DNA of 64,000 nucleotides, taken from an uncultured bacterium (lineage in GTDB: Bacteria; Verrucomicrobiota; Verrucomicrobiia; Verrucomicrobiales; DEV007). Position numbers and translations under genes: made by a program. The notes below the pieces were generated by a model. The model did no database searches and was not told the origin of the DNA. It saw only the letters and a program-made list of their open reading frames with translations. Location of the stretch: positions 160,001 through 224,000 of the forward strand of contig CAXBMO010000008.1 of NCBI GenBank assembly GCA_963977015.1. The letters are read 5' to 3'. The first letter of the stretch is position 1. The number at the start of each line of letters is the position of its first letter. Shown piece after piece: positions 20,689 through 31,176 of this stretch.

Positions 20689-21918
20689 TTACTGACCTGC
20701 CGCAAACTTCCCTTCGAGCCGAAAGGAGGCGGTGTTGTTCTGGCTGTTGACCTGGGGTGGCGCCATGTCCCAGGCGTAGCCGCGAAAGTCGTCACTCTTT
20801 TCCAGGTCTTCCTTGAGCTGGTAGACGAGTTGGGAATCGCGGGCGAGTCCTTCCAATCTCAGGTTTTGCTCCTGGGTGATGAATTTGAGGAAGACGATTC
20901 CACTGGGCGGCATCAGGGAGGTTACCTGATTGAGTTGGCGCAGCGGGTAAAACCGTTTTTCGATCGCGGGAGCCAGGATTCGGGCGCGGGTCATGGACTG
21001 GCGGATGAACTCCGCTTCCGGGCGACGGTCTGAAATGCGCGCTTCCATGGTGATGGCGCGTTCGTTGCGATCGTGGAAGAGGATGGTCAATCCCACGGCA
21101 ATCGTGACATACAGAGCGGTGAGGGCGAGAATGCCGGTCCGGATTTTCTGAATGCGTTGCTTGCGGTGGCGCGCAGCCTGGACCGGCAGGGGCAGCATGG
21201 GACTGGAAGCTTCACTGGCAAAGGTGGCTTCGGGATTCGGGCGGGGGCGAACTTCGACGGGAACCGTAAGAGAGCTGGTGAGCAGGGTTTTGGCCTCCGG
21301 CGAGACTTCACTCCAGATTTCCAACGTCACCCGTTCGGAGAGCTGGCCCGCACCCTGTAGACTGAGGATCGCCAGGTTGAGTTCTTGAGCCAAAGCTGGG
21401 TTGAACTCCGAGCCGGCGGTCAAAATCTGGCTGTAGGTCATCTTGCCGTGCTTGCCGGCGAGAAGAATCAGACGCCCATGTTCGCGCAGGACGGCGGCGG
21501 TGTGGTCCGGGATATGAAAGAGCCGTCCCGAGGGAGTGTAGGCCACTGCTTGGTGAAGGCACAGGTCCTCGCTGAAGTCAGAGGGCAGGACGTCGACACT
21601 GATCAGGCTGCCCGTGCGCTCGCGCTCGACAACGTGATACGCGGAAACCGTTTCCAGGCCACCGTGGGCGGCCAAACCTCGTTTCTCAACTTGCGCCTGC
21701 ACCATGTCCCCGAAAAGTGCCTGGTCCGTCGTGGGGACGGTTACGGAAAAGGAAGTGCATTCCTGGGCCGGCAATCCAACGATCACGCCTTTGCCATCAG
21801 CCGGGACTTCATCGAGCATCTCCACGGTCTTTACCCGTTTCGGGGTGCGGCCTGAAAGCGCCCAAATGTCCCAGCCGCGTTCTTCGGTTGGCATGATGAT
21901 GGTGGTTGGGGATTTCAA
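20689..21918 (-). CDS. GspL/PilM-PilN-like protein
   Basis: Cytoplasmic actin-like N-terminal region, single TM, PilN-like C-terminus (LMPPSGIVF...LRLEGLA...LEKSDDF). Confidence 0.7.
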   Translation of the reverse strand: MKSPTTIIMPTEERGWDIWALSGRTPKRVKTVEMLDEVPADGKGVIVGLPAQECTSFSVTVPTTDQALFGDMVQAQVEKRGLAAHGGLETVSAYHVVERERTGSLISVDVLPSDFSEDLCLHQAVAYTPSGRLFHIPDHTAAVLREHGRLILLAGKHGKMTYSQILTAGSEFNPALAQELNLAILSLQGAGQLSERVTLEIWSEVSPEAKTLLTSSLTVPVEVRPRPNPEATFASEASSPMLPLPVQAARHRKQRIQKIRTGILALTALYVTIAVGLTILFHDRNERAITMEARISDRRPEAEFIRQSMTRARILAPAIEKRFYPLRQLNQVTSLMPPSGIVFLKFITQEQNLRLEGLARDSQLVYQLKEDLEKSDDFRGYAWDMAPPQVNSQNNTASFRLEGKFAAGQ

Positions 21919-22309
21919 AGGATACGGAAAGTGGGAAAAGTGGAGGTGTCGGTTCGGCGGTGCGGAGATGACAGATTGAAGGGTGGGGGAATTTGCGATT
22001 CAACCCGGTTGATGACGAAAGGATTCGAGGCCCGTCACCAAAAGTTTCATTTTGTTGAAAACCGCACTTCCGCCCCAAATTTACTAAAGGTTTGGCAAAA
22101 GCATAACGGTAACGAGAAAACTGCGGGTTGACCCCCGAAGAATTGTCTCAGCAAAGATTTGACAATGAGGTGGGCGTTTGCAGGTTGTGAGTCCGCGGTG
22201 GTGCCCGTTTCGTCTGGAATTTTCCAGATTTTTCAGAGTCCTCGTGAGGCCCGATTTCAGTGATTCGAATCGGGTTTCGGAAATCCTAAAATTTTTACCG
22301 CATTAGCGG

Positions 22310-22337
22310 TTGCGTGTTTTGGATTCGCCGCTAATAT
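22310..22337 (+). promoter_or_regulatory. Putative sigma70 promoter of the str operon
   Basis: TTGCGT-N16-TAATAT about 70 nt upstream of rpsL; a second TTGACA lies at 22159. Confidence 0.45.
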
Positions 22338-22405
22338 GCCCGCCCTTCCCGAAACGGGAACGGAGAAACCGGGCTGATCACCCACTTAATTAGAGCGTAT
22401 TTGTT

Positions 22406-22783
22406 ATGCCTACAATCAACCAACTCGTCAGAAAAGGTCGTCACGACAAAGTCCGGAAGAATAAAGCTCCGGCTCTTGCCTCTTGCCCACAGCGCCGCGG
22501 CGTTTGCCTGCAGGTGATGACCCGAACTCCGAAGAAGCCTAACTCTGCCTTGCGGAAAGTGGCCAAAGTTCGTCTGACGAATGGTGAAGAGGTGATCGCT
22601 TACATTGGTGGTGAAGGTCACAATCTCCAGGAGCACTCCATTGTGCTGGTTCGCGGAGGTCGAGTAAAGGATTTGCCGGGCGTTCGATATCATATCGTTC
22701 GCGGAGCTTTGGACTGCCTTGGTGTTGAGAAGCGCCGGCAGGGAAGATCGAAATACGGTGCCAAACGACCGAAGGAGAAGTAA
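22406..22783 (+). CDS. rpsL: 30S ribosomal protein S12
   Basis: [31 protein letters not shown]. Confidence 0.99.
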   Translation: MPTINQLVRKGRHDKVRKNKAPALASCPQRRGVCLQVMTRTPKKPNSALRKVAKVRLTNGEEVIAYIGGEGHNLQEHSIVLVRGGRVKDLPGVRYHIVRGALDCLGVEKRRQGRSKYGAKRPKEK

Positions 22784-22879
22784 TTCCTAGGTTTCAAAGC
22801 TGAGCCAAGCGGTTCGGCCCCGATTCCCAGGTTTTCTCCGCGATACGAAAGTTTAAGTCTTTTGAACTGAAATTATCCT

Positions 22880-23353
22880 ATGTCACGAAGAAAACGAGTT
22901 TACGCGAAGCCGAAGCTTTCGGATCCGCGCTACGAAAGTCCCCTGGTTGCCAAGTTGGTCAACCGGGTCATGCAGGATGGCAAAAAGGCCTTGGCCGAGC
23001 GCATTGTCTATGCCGCCATCGATCGCGTGAATAAAGGAACCGAGACGGTTGATCCGTTGGAGGCTGTCAATCGTGCGATTGAAAACGCCAAGCCGCGGGT
23101 CGAGGTGAAAAGTCGCCGAGTTGGTGGTGCCACCTACCAGGTTCCTCTCGAAGTTTCCATTGATCGCCAGGAATCTCTCGCCATGCGATGGATCATTGCT
23201 GCAGCCCGCAAGCGTCGCGGAACGCCAATGCATATCGCTCTCGCTAATGAGATCCGCGATGCCTCGGTCAATACCGGGGCGGTTATCCGCAAGCGGGATG
23301 AGACCCACAAGATGGCTCAGGCAAACCGCGCGTTCGCTCACTTCCGTTGGTAA
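22880..23353 (+). CDS. rpsG: 30S ribosomal protein S7
   Basis: SRRVGGATYQVP, HKMAQANRAFAHFRW. Confidence 0.99.
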   Translation: MSRRKRVYAKPKLSDPRYESPLVAKLVNRVMQDGKKALAERIVYAAIDRVNKGTETVDPLEAVNRAIENAKPRVEVKSRRVGGATYQVPLEVSIDRQESLAMRWIIAAARKRRGTPMHIALANEIRDASVNTGAVIRKRDETHKMAQANRAFAHFRW

Positions 23354-23391
23354 CTCTTTTTGTTGTTTAACCCTGTTAATCTTTCCCTCTG

Positions 23392-25575
23392 TTGAGCACT
23401 GTTGTCACAGCACCCCAGGCTGATAGCCCCAACCACCCTGATCGGAAGCATCCGATCGAGGAGTTGCGGAATATCGGGATTGCTGCGCACATCGATGCCG
23501 GAAAGACGACGCTCACGGAGCGTATTCTTTTCTACACGGGGATGATTCACAAGATCGGTGAGGTGCACGATGGTGCGGCGACGACCGATTGGATGATTCA
23601 GGAGAGAGAGCGGGGGATTACGATTACGGCGGCGGCGGTGAGTTGTGAGTGGAAGCAGTTGCCGCAGGATGGTGTCGTCAAGCTTTGGGAGAATAAACCC
23701 TTCCAGGTCAATATTATCGACACTCCCGGTCATGTGGATTTCACGGCTGAAGTAGAGCGGTCATTGCGCGTTTTGGATGGTGCAGTGGCCGTTTTTTGTG
23801 GGGTCGCGGGAGTTCAGCCGCAAAGTGAGACGGTTTGGCGTCAGGCGGATCGATATAGTGTTCCTCGAATCGCGTTCGTGAACAAGATGGACCGGGTTGG
23901 GGCTGATTTCGACAATGTTGTCGCCGAGATTCGCGAGAAGCTGGGAGGCAATGCCTGCCCGATCTTGATTCCCATTGGATGCGAAGAGGATCTTCGAGGT
24001 CAATACGATGTCCTGAACAGGAATGCGATTCTTTACACCGAGAATGATGTTTTCGGTTCGACGTTTTCGGTCGCTGAAATTCCGGCGGAAGATCAGGCAA
24101 AAGTGGAGGAGGCGTTCGAGTATCTCCAAGCGCAGCTTGTGGATCTGGATGAGGAGATCGGGATGAAGTATCTCGAAGAAGAGGAGATTACCGTCGAGGA
24201 TTTGAAACGTGCGCTGCGGCGCCAGACGATCGCAGGGAAGATTGTTCCTGTTGTTGGCGGTTCCGCGTTCAAGAACAAAGGGGTTCAGGCGCTGCTGGAT
24301 GCGGTGATCGATTATTTGCCGAATCCGCTCGATGTTCTGCCGGCCGAGGGTCACGAACCTGGTAATTCTGAAAAGATCGTTAAGACCAAGGCGAGTGATC
24401 ATTCAAAGGCTTGCTGTCTCGCGTTCAAGATTGCGAACGATCAGCACGTGAAGAAGTTGGTCTTTTTCCGGGTTTATTCCGGCGTTGTGAAGAAGGGGGA
24501 TACGCTCTTCAATCCTCGCACTGGGAAGCAGAGTCGCATTGGTCGCATCATTAAGCTTCAGGCCAATGACCGCGCTGAGGTTGACAGGGTTTATGCGGGC
24601 GATATTGCGGCCTTTGCGGGTCTGAAATTGACGGCGACCGGGGATACGCTGGCGGAGCCGGGTTTCAAGATTCAGTTGGAGCCACCGACCTTTCCGGAGC
24701 CGGTTTTGTCCATGTCGATTGAGCCCAAGTCGACCGCGGATCAGGACAAGCTGAGCGATGTCCTTCAACAGCTTTCCGAAGAGGATCCGACTTTCAAGGT
24801 CACGATCAACGAAGAGACCGGGCAGCGAATCATTGCCGGAATGGGTGAGTTGCATCTCGAGATCCTGTGCGATCGGATGAAGCGCGAATACGGTGTGGGA
24901 ACAAATGCGGGTAAGCCGCGGATCGCCTACCGCGAAACGATTCGTTCCGAAGGCCGGGGTGAAGGGAAATTTATCCAGGAAGCGGGCGGTCATGCTCACT
25001 ATGGTCATGTCCAGGTTGCGCTTCGTCCTGTTAAGCGAGGGGAAGGGAACTCCAAGGAGAATAAAATCTCTGATGGTTCGATTCCTGCCGAATTTATTGA
25101 GCCCGCCCTGGAGGGGATCGGCGAGTCCTTTATCAATGGAGTGTTGGCCAGCTATCCTGTGGTGGATGTGCACGTGGACTTGGTCGGTGGGTCTGCTGAC
25201 GACTCCGACTCGAATGAAGCCGACTTCCGGATTGCTGCGATTTACGCCATGAAAGAGGCGATGATTGCAGCGGATCCCATCCTGCTCGAGCCGATCATGG
25301 CCGTCGAAGTTACGACGCCTGACGAACATCAGGGGGAGATTATCGGGGATTTGAATCGCCGTCGCGGCCAGGTTGATGCCATCGAGCCGCGCAACAAGGT
25401 CACGGTCATCAAGGCCAGCGTTCCTCTGGCGACGATGGTGGACAATTATTCGACAGCGGTTCGCACGCTTTCAAGCGGTCGCGCGGACTACAGCATGCAG
25501 CCTTCACATTTTGAAGAAGTTCCTCCCAATATCGCTGCAGAGATCAGCGAGCTTCGTGGTGGAGGTGGATTTTAA
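23392..25575 (+). CDS. fusA: Elongation factor G (divergent domain IV)
   Basis: [38 protein letters not shown] start. Confidence 0.95.
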   Translation: MSTVVTAPQADSPNHPDRKHPIEELRNIGIAAHIDAGKTTLTERILFYTGMIHKIGEVHDGAATTDWMIQERERGITITAAAVSCEWKQLPQDGVVKLWENKPFQVNIIDTPGHVDFTAEVERSLRVLDGAVAVFCGVAGVQPQSETVWRQADRYSVPRIAFVNKMDRVGADFDNVVAEIREKLGGNACPILIPIGCEEDLRGQYDVLNRNAILYTENDVFGSTFSVAEIPAEDQAKVEEAFEYLQAQLVDLDEEIGMKYLEEEEITVEDLKRALRRQTIAGKIVPVVGGSAFKNKGVQALLDAVIDYLPNPLDVLPAEGHEPGNSEKIVKTKASDHSKACCLAFKIANDQHVKKLVFFRVYSGVVKKGDTLFNPRTGKQSRIGRIIKLQANDRAEVDRVYAGDIAAFAGLKLTATGDTLAEPGFKIQLEPPTFPEPVLSMSIEPKSTADQDKLSDVLQQLSEEDPTFKVTINEETGQRIIAGMGELHLEILCDRMKREYGVGTNAGKPRIAYRETIRSEGRGEGKFIQEAGGHAHYGHVQVALRPVKRGEGNSKENKISDGSIPAEFIEPALEGIGESFINGVLASYPVVDVHVDLVGGSADDSDSNEADFRIAAIYAMKEAMIAADPILLEPIMAVEVTTPDEHQGEIIGDLNRRRGQVDAIEPRNKVTVIKASVPLATMVDNYSTAVRTLSSGRADYSMQPSHFEEVPPNIAAEISELRGGGGF

Positions 25576-25611
25576 TTTTTTTGAGATTTCGAACTTTAGA
25601 ACAAAGACAAG

Positions 25612-25920
25612 ATGGACAACCAACGCATCAGAATCCGGCTCAGAGCCTACGATCATCGCATTCTCGACAAGAGTGCGGGAGACATCGTTGAAACCGCCAA
25701 GCGCACGGGCGCCAAAGTAGCTGGCCCGATTCCGCTGCCGACTCGCGTCGAGAAGTTCAGCGTCAACCGCTCCGTTCACGTGAACAAGAAAAGTGCGGAC
25801 CAATTCGAAATGCGAACCCACAAGCGTTTGCTCGATATCGTCGATCCCACAGCACGCACCGTTGATGAGCTGAAGAAGCTCAATCTCCCAGCTGGTGTCG
25901 ACATCACCATCAAAATTTAG
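25612..25920 (+). CDS. rpsJ: 30S ribosomal protein S10
   Basis: [28 protein letters not shown]. Confidence 0.99.
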   Translation: MDNQRIRIRLRAYDHRILDKSAGDIVETAKRTGAKVAGPIPLPTRVEKFSVNRSVHVNKKSADQFEMRTHKRLLDIVDPTARTVDELKKLNLPAGVDITIKI

Positions 25921-25953
25921 ATTGTTTAAACCCTCGAACCCGAACGCGTAATT

Positions 25954-26625
25954 ATGAGCATCGGATTAATTGGCAAAAAGGTCGGTATGACACGTGTCTT
26001 CGATGACGAAGGCAATGCCATCCCTGTGACCGTCGTTGACGTCAGCGATAACGAATTTCTCCAGGTTAAAACCAAGGACAAGGACGGCTATTCAGCCATC
26101 CAGGTGGGTTTTGGCGAACAGAAAGAGCAGCGTCTGAACAACCCCGAAAAGGGCCACTTCAAGAAATACCAGGGATCGCCGAAAAAGCGGATCATGGAGT
26201 TTCGCGTCGATAGTGATGACGAGCTGCCGAAGGCGGCTGAGGATGGCGGTAAAATTGATCACGCCGGTGTCGAGACTTTCGAGGCTGGACAGTGGGTTGA
26301 TGTGATTGGAACTTCCAAGGGCAAAGGCTTCCAAGGGGTTTACAAGCGCTACAACTTCGGTGGTTCCCCTGCCTCTCACGGCTGTATGATGCATCGCCGT
26401 CCCGGTGGTATCGGTTGTGGAACGGATCCAGGCCGCGTTTGGAAGAACAAGGAGATGCCTGGTCGTCACGGTAACTACAAGAAGACGATCCAGAATTTGA
26501 AAGTGGTCCAGACCCGCCCTGAGGACAAAGTGATCCTCATCAGTGGTGCGGTCCCGGGCGCGAAGGGTGGATACTTGGTGATTCGCCCGGCAATCAAGAA
26601 ACCTCTTCCCGAAAAGAAAGGCTAA
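25954..26625 (+). CDS. rplC: 50S ribosomal protein L3
   Basis: GKKVGMT, GTSKGKGFQG, PGRVWK. Confidence 0.98.
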   Translation: MSIGLIGKKVGMTRVFDDEGNAIPVTVVDVSDNEFLQVKTKDKDGYSAIQVGFGEQKEQRLNNPEKGHFKKYQGSPKKRIMEFRVDSDDELPKAAEDGGKIDHAGVETFEAGQWVDVIGTSKGKGFQGVYKRYNFGGSPASHGCMMHRRPGGIGCGTDPGRVWKNKEMPGRHGNYKKTIQNLKVVQTRPEDKVILISGAVPGAKGGYLVIRPAIKKPLPEKKG

Positions 26626-26628
26626 CCC

Positions 26629-27264
26629 ATGGCTAACGATTTCCAAATTTCAGACGCCCAAAAGGCGAATATCGTGACGATCGAGGATGATCGCGGCAAC
26701 CAGGCCGTTCATGACCTCATCACCGCTTATCGTGCCAATCGGCGCAGTGGCACGGCTCACACCAAAACGCGTGGTGAAGTCAGTGCGACGGGTAAGAAGC
26801 CATTCCGCCAGAAAGGAACCGGTCGTGCACGTCAGGGTGGTAACGCCTCTCCCATCCATCGTGGTGGTGGAATCGTTTTCGGTCCCCGCAACACGAAAGA
26901 CTATTCTAAGACTGTCCCGAAAGGTGTTCGCAAGCTTGCCTTTGCCAAGGCGCTTACGGAGCGGATCAAGGATGGCGACGTTCTTCTCGTCGATAGCATT
27001 ACGGTGAGTAGCGGGAAGACGAAGGACTTCGTTGCTGAAATCAAGAAGCAGGTGGAAGCCCGCAAGACCTTGATTGTCGGTAAGTTTGACGAAGCCACCT
27101 TCCGTTCGGCTCGCAATGTGCAGAACGTTCTGCTGATGTCCGCCGAAGAATTGAATGTCGAGCATCTTCTCTACCACGACAAGATCGTGCTGACGAAGGG
27201 CTCGCTCGAGGTCCTCGCTCGCCGCACTCAGGGAGTCCATTCGAAGAAAGAAGTTACTGCCTAA
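26629..27264 (+). CDS. rplD: 50S ribosomal protein L4
   Basis: TKTRGEV, KPFRQKGTGRARQG. Confidence 0.98.
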   Translation: MANDFQISDAQKANIVTIEDDRGNQAVHDLITAYRANRRSGTAHTKTRGEVSATGKKPFRQKGTGRARQGGNASPIHRGGGIVFGPRNTKDYSKTVPKGVRKLAFAKALTERIKDGDVLLVDSITVSSGKTKDFVAEIKKQVEARKTLIVGKFDEATFRSARNVQNVLLMSAEELNVEHLLYHDKIVLTKGSLEVLARRTQGVHSKKEVTA

Positions 27265-27267
27265 GCC

Positions 27268-27552
27268 ATGAAAGACATTTTCCAAGTCATCAAAACGATT
27301 CAGCTCAGTGAGAAAGCAACGCTTCTCAACGAGATGAACAACGAATACGTCTTCAAGGTCGATCGCAAAGCGAACAAGCTGGAGATCAAAGAGGCGGTCG
27401 AGAAACTGTTCGGCAAAAAAGTCGTGACGGTAAGGACTGCCAATTACCAAGGGAAGAAAAAGCGCGAGCGTCGCCAGGATTTTGGTCGCACCGCGCATTG
27501 GAAGAAAGCCATCGTGAAACTCGCGGATGGCGAAACCATTGATCTTGTTTAA
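27268..27552 (+). CDS. rplW: 50S ribosomal protein L23
   Basis: [24 protein letters not shown]. Confidence 0.98.
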   Translation: MKDIFQVIKTIQLSEKATLLNEMNNEYVFKVDRKANKLEIKEAVEKLFGKKVVTVRTANYQGKKKRERRQDFGRTAHWKKAIVKLADGETIDLV

Positions 27553-27572
27553 CCCACCAATTTTCTAGACAC

Positions 27573-28415
27573 ATGCCGCTCAAAAAATATCGCCCGGTAA
27601 CGCCGTCGAGCCGCTACAAGTACCTCCCCGACTTCTCGGAATTGACCAAGAAGAAGCCGGAGAAGAACTTGACGAGTTCCCTGAAAAAGTCTGCCGGCCG
27701 CAACAACTCGGGTCGGATTACCTGCCGTCACCGTGGAGGTGGGCACAAGCGCAAGTATCGTCTGATCGACTTCAAGCGTGCTCGTCATGGTGAAGTCGCG
27801 AAAGTGATCGCGATCGAGTATGATCCCAATCGTACCGCACGCATTGCCTTGATCGAGTATGAGGATGGCCAGAAGAGCTACATCCTTGCGCCCGCCAAAC
27901 TCAAGGTTGGTGCCAAGGTTCAGTCCGGTGAAAATGCCCCGCCAGAAGTCGGCAACGCGCTTCCACTCGACAAGATTCCGCCATCCACCTCGATTCATAA
28001 CATCGAGTTGACGATTGGTCGCGGTGGTCAGCTTGCCCGCGGTGCGGGTCAGGCCGGAACGCTTACCAACAGTGACGGTGAATACGCCCTCGTGAAGCTT
28101 CCTTCCGGGGAGATTCGCAAGATCAACGCGCGTTGCTACGCCACGATTGGTGTCGTCGGAAATATTGAGCACATGAATGAGGTTAGCGCGAAAGCTGGCC
28201 GGACCCGCTGGAAGGGCGTTCGCCCGACCGTGCGCGGAATGTGTATGAACCCGGTCGATCACCCCAATGGTGGTGGTGAGGGTAAAAGTAAGTCAGGCGG
28301 TGGTCGCCAGCACTTGAAGAGCCCATGGGGCCACGTCAAGGGGCAGAAGACCCGCAAGAAGCATAAGCCGAGCGATAAGTTCATCGTGCAACGTCGCAAA
28401 TCGAAGAAGAAGTAA
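27573..28415 (+). CDS. rplB: 50S ribosomal protein L2
   Basis: [32 protein letters not shown]. Confidence 0.99.
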   Translation: MPLKKYRPVTPSSRYKYLPDFSELTKKKPEKNLTSSLKKSAGRNNSGRITCRHRGGGHKRKYRLIDFKRARHGEVAKVIAIEYDPNRTARIALIEYEDGQKSYILAPAKLKVGAKVQSGENAPPEVGNALPLDKIPPSTSIHNIELTIGRGGQLARGAGQAGTLTNSDGEYALVKLPSGEIRKINARCYATIGVVGNIEHMNEVSAKAGRTRWKGVRPTVRGMCMNPVDHPNGGGEGKSKSGGGRQHLKSPWGHVKGQKTRKKHKPSDKFIVQRRKSKKK

Positions 28416-28436
28416 TTTTAAACCTGTCCAAACGTT

Positions 28437-28718
28437 ATGGGAAGATCACTCAAAAAAGGTCCATTCGTCGATGTCAAGCTTCTCGATAAGATTGACGCTA
28501 TGAATGAGTCCGGAAAGAAGCGGCCGATTAAAACCTGGTCACGCCGGTCCATGGTAACTCCAGATTTTGTGGGGCATACCTTCATGGTTCACAATGGAAA
28601 AGACTTCATCTCCGTGTTCGTTTCGGAGAACATGGTCGGTCATAAGCTTGGTGAATTCGCTCCGACCCGGTCCTTCAGATCGCACAGCGGACACAATCCT
28701 AAGATCAAGGGGGGCTAA
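28437..28718 (+). CDS. rpsS: 30S ribosomal protein S19
   Basis: [25 protein letters not shown]. Confidence 0.99.
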   Translation: MGRSLKKGPFVDVKLLDKIDAMNESGKKRPIKTWSRRSMVTPDFVGHTFMVHNGKDFISVFVSENMVGHKLGEFAPTRSFRSHSGHNPKIKGG

Positions 28719-28757
28719 TCGCCTCTGCGAAATCATCTGCTTTTTAAACAACACGCA

Positions 28758-29573
28758 ATGAAACACTCCATTCACAGTCAGGTTTGCAACCTTCTCGTCG
28801 TTCTCGGCGTTGGGTTGGGCATGGCATGTGGTTGGGCGCAGGATCAACCCGATCCCGTCATTGCTGGTTTGATGAAGCAGGCTGAATTGGAACTCGCGCT
28901 TGAGGCGGCGAATCGAAAGATTGAGCAACTCGAGGCGAAGCTGGCGCTGCGGTCGGAGAAAGATATGCCGATCGAGGTGGCGCTTGCTGAATCCAATAAG
29001 GAGGCCAACGAGTTCCGGGAGTTGTATCGCGATCTACAGCTTCGGATTGAGGAACTCGGTCTTGAGACGATTCGTTCCGACAAGGCTCTCCAGGAGCGAC
29101 TGATCAAAGCGGTCCGGGAGCGTCAGATGTTTAAGGATCGCAATGATGCGGCTTACGAGCAGCTCATGAAGCTGAGCGAGGCGGTTATGGATTACGTCAA
29201 AACGGCGACCGCCGGAGATCCTTCCGCTCGACTCGCGGTCGAAGCCGAGTTGCGGGCCACGGATGAGATGTTGGGCTTTGGCGGTGCCCGCAAAGCACCC
29301 CTGGTGGATGTGGACCTCAATGATGGTCAGGTGGTGAGTTTCAAAGATGATTTGCGCCTCGCGGTGCTCAATATTGGACGCCGCAGCGGAGCCCGGGTGG
29401 GAATGCCTGTGGAGATTTTTCGGAAAGATCGCGCGATTGGAACCGCGATGATTGTGGATGTTCGTGATGCGATTAGCGGAGCGATTGTTCAAGAGACTTT
29501 TCGGGAGGGTGATCGCGTCCAGGTGCGTGATCGCGTGAAGCCGAGAACAACGGCAAAAAACTATAATTTCTAA
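28758..29573 (+). CDS. Exported coiled-coil hypothetical protein inside the S10 operon
   Basis: 271 aa; signal peptide, long heptad-rich helix, C-terminal beta domain (VLNIGRRSGARVGMPVEIFR); 39- and 14-nt gaps to its neighbours. Confidence 0.85.
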   Translation: MKHSIHSQVCNLLVVLGVGLGMACGWAQDQPDPVIAGLMKQAELELALEAANRKIEQLEAKLALRSEKDMPIEVALAESNKEANEFRELYRDLQLRIEELGLETIRSDKALQERLIKAVRERQMFKDRNDAAYEQLMKLSEAVMDYVKTATAGDPSARLAVEAELRATDEMLGFGGARKAPLVDVDLNDGQVVSFKDDLRLAVLNIGRRSGARVGMPVEIFRKDRAIGTAMIVDVRDAISGAIVQETFREGDRVQVRDRVKPRTTAKNYNF

Positions 29574-29587
29574 CTTCAAAACGTACG

Positions 29588-30220
29588 ATGGAAGTCAAAG
29601 CGACCTACAAATTTGCTCGAATCTCGCCGCTGAAAGCGCGCGATGTTGCTCGTGAAGTCACGGGAATGCCGGTTTCTGCGGCTCTCGATCTGATTCGATT
29701 CACCCCGAAGAAGGCTGCATTCTTGATTGGCAAGACGCTCAAATCAGCCATGGCCAATGCGGAAAACAATTTCGACCTGGCAGCTGATGATCTCGTTGTG
29801 AAGTCAGCGACAGTCACCGAAGGGCCGGTTTTCAAGCGGTGGAAGCCTCGTGCTCGTGGTGGTGCGGCTCCGATTCGCAAGCGCACTGCCCACATCAATG
29901 TCATTATCTCCAATGAGCTGGGTGAAGGCTCCGAAGCGGCTCCGGTTGCTGAAAAGGAAGCCAAGCCAGCGGCAAAGAAGACTGCGGCAAAGAAGCAGGC
30001 CAAGTCGGCTGCCGGCGGCGATGATTTGAAACTGATTAGCGGTGTTGGTCCCAAGTTGGAGCAGAAGCTTCACGAAGAGGGAATCACCACTTATGAGCAG
30101 ATCCTTGCTTGGACCGAAGACGACATGGTCGATTTCGGCGAACGACTCTCCTTCAAGGACCGAATCCAGCGCGATGACTGGCAAGGCCAAGTGAAGAAAC
30201 TCATCGAAGAACGCGGTTAA
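29588..30220 (+). CDS. rplV: 50S ribosomal protein L22 with C-terminal helix-hairpin-helix domain
   Basis: RISPLKAR...PRARGGA...RKRTAHI core, then an A/K linker and DDLKLISGVGPKLEQKL...GITTYEQI. Confidence 0.96.
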   Translation: MEVKATYKFARISPLKARDVAREVTGMPVSAALDLIRFTPKKAAFLIGKTLKSAMANAENNFDLAADDLVVKSATVTEGPVFKRWKPRARGGAAPIRKRTAHINVIISNELGEGSEAAPVAEKEAKPAAKKTAAKKQAKSAAGGDDLKLISGVGPKLEQKLHEEGITTYEQILAWTEDDMVDFGERLSFKDRIQRDDWQGQVKKLIEERG

Positions 30221-30247
30221 TCCAATTTTCCAAACCTACAGACTGTC

Positions 30248-31138
30248 ATGGGACAAAAAGTAAATCCGGTCGGCTTCCGACTCGCAGTAAATAAAGACTG
30301 GGCCTCCAAATGGTATGCGCCTCCAGGAGAGTTCCCGGAGTTCCTTCATGCCGACATTGCCGTCCGCAAATATCTCAAGGAGAAGCTCGCGTTCGCAGCG
30401 GTGTCCAAGATTTTGATCGAACGTGCCTGGAACAGCGTTCGGGTCACGCTTTACACCGCTCGTCCAGGTTTGGTGATCGGTCGTAAGGGATCCGAAATTG
30501 AGCGGATGACCGACAAGATTTCAGGAATGTGTGGCGGTCGTCAGGTCAAAATTGACATCGTTGAGATCAAGCAGCCGGAGACGGATGCACAGCTGGTTGC
30601 TGAAAGTGTTGCATTACAGTTGGAACGACGTATCTCTTTCCGCCGCGCCATGAAGCGTTCCTTGCAAACCGCAATGGACTTTGGTGCTGAGGGAATCCGA
30701 ATTCGATGCGCTGGCCGTTTGGGCGGTGCGGATATTGCCCGGGCTGAGTGGTATCGCGAAGGAAAAGTGCCTTTGCAGACCCTCCGCGTCCCGATCGACT
30801 ACGGTTTTGCCGAGGCAAAAACGGTTTATGGAATCATTGGCGTAAAATGCTGGATCAACCGCAACCCGGACTCCGAGAAATCCCGGATGGCCCGCGTGAC
30901 CGGCGACAATCGCCGTGATGGTCGCGGTGGACGTCGTGATGGTCGTGGACCAGGCGGTGGCGGACGCGGCCCAGGTGGCGGCGGTCGTGGACCAGGTGGT
31001 GGTGGCGGACGCGGCCCAGGTGGTGGTGGACGTGGCCCAGGTGGCGGCGCTCCAAGCCAGTCAGCACCAGCAGCAACACCAGCTCCAGCCGAATCTACAC
31101 CAGCCCCAGCTGCGACAGACACTCCAGCAGCGAGCTAA
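30248..31138 (+). CDS. rpsC: 30S ribosomal protein S3 with long Gly/Arg and Ala/Pro tail
   Basis: [32 protein letters not shown]. Confidence 0.98.
   Translation: MGQKVNPVGFRLAVNKDWASKWYAPPGEFPEFLHADIAVRKYLKEKLAFAAVSKILIERAWNSVRVTLYTARPGLVIGRKGSEIERMTDKISGMCGGRQVKIDIVEIKQPETDAQLVAESVALQLERRISFRRAMKRSLQTAMDFGAEGIRIRCAGRLGGADIARAEWYREGKVPLQTLRVPIDYGFAEAKTVYGIIGVKCWINRNPDSEKSRMARVTGDNRRDGRGGRRDGRGPGGGGRGPGGGGRGPGGGGGRGPGGGGRGPGGGAPSQSAPAATPAPAESTPAPAATDTPAAS
30941..31048 (+). repeat. Five tandem coding repeats of RGPGGG(G/GG) in rpsC
   Basis: ggtcgtggaccaggcggtggc / ggacgcggcccaggtggcggc units of 21-24 bp. Confidence 0.9.
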
Positions 31139-31176
31139 TTTTCTAACCCAGTTTTAATCCTAACTCTTCTCAGATC

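Noticed and set aside
30941-31048. Tandem repeats considered as a CRISPR array
   Set aside because: In-frame coding repeats with no unique spacers and no cas genes
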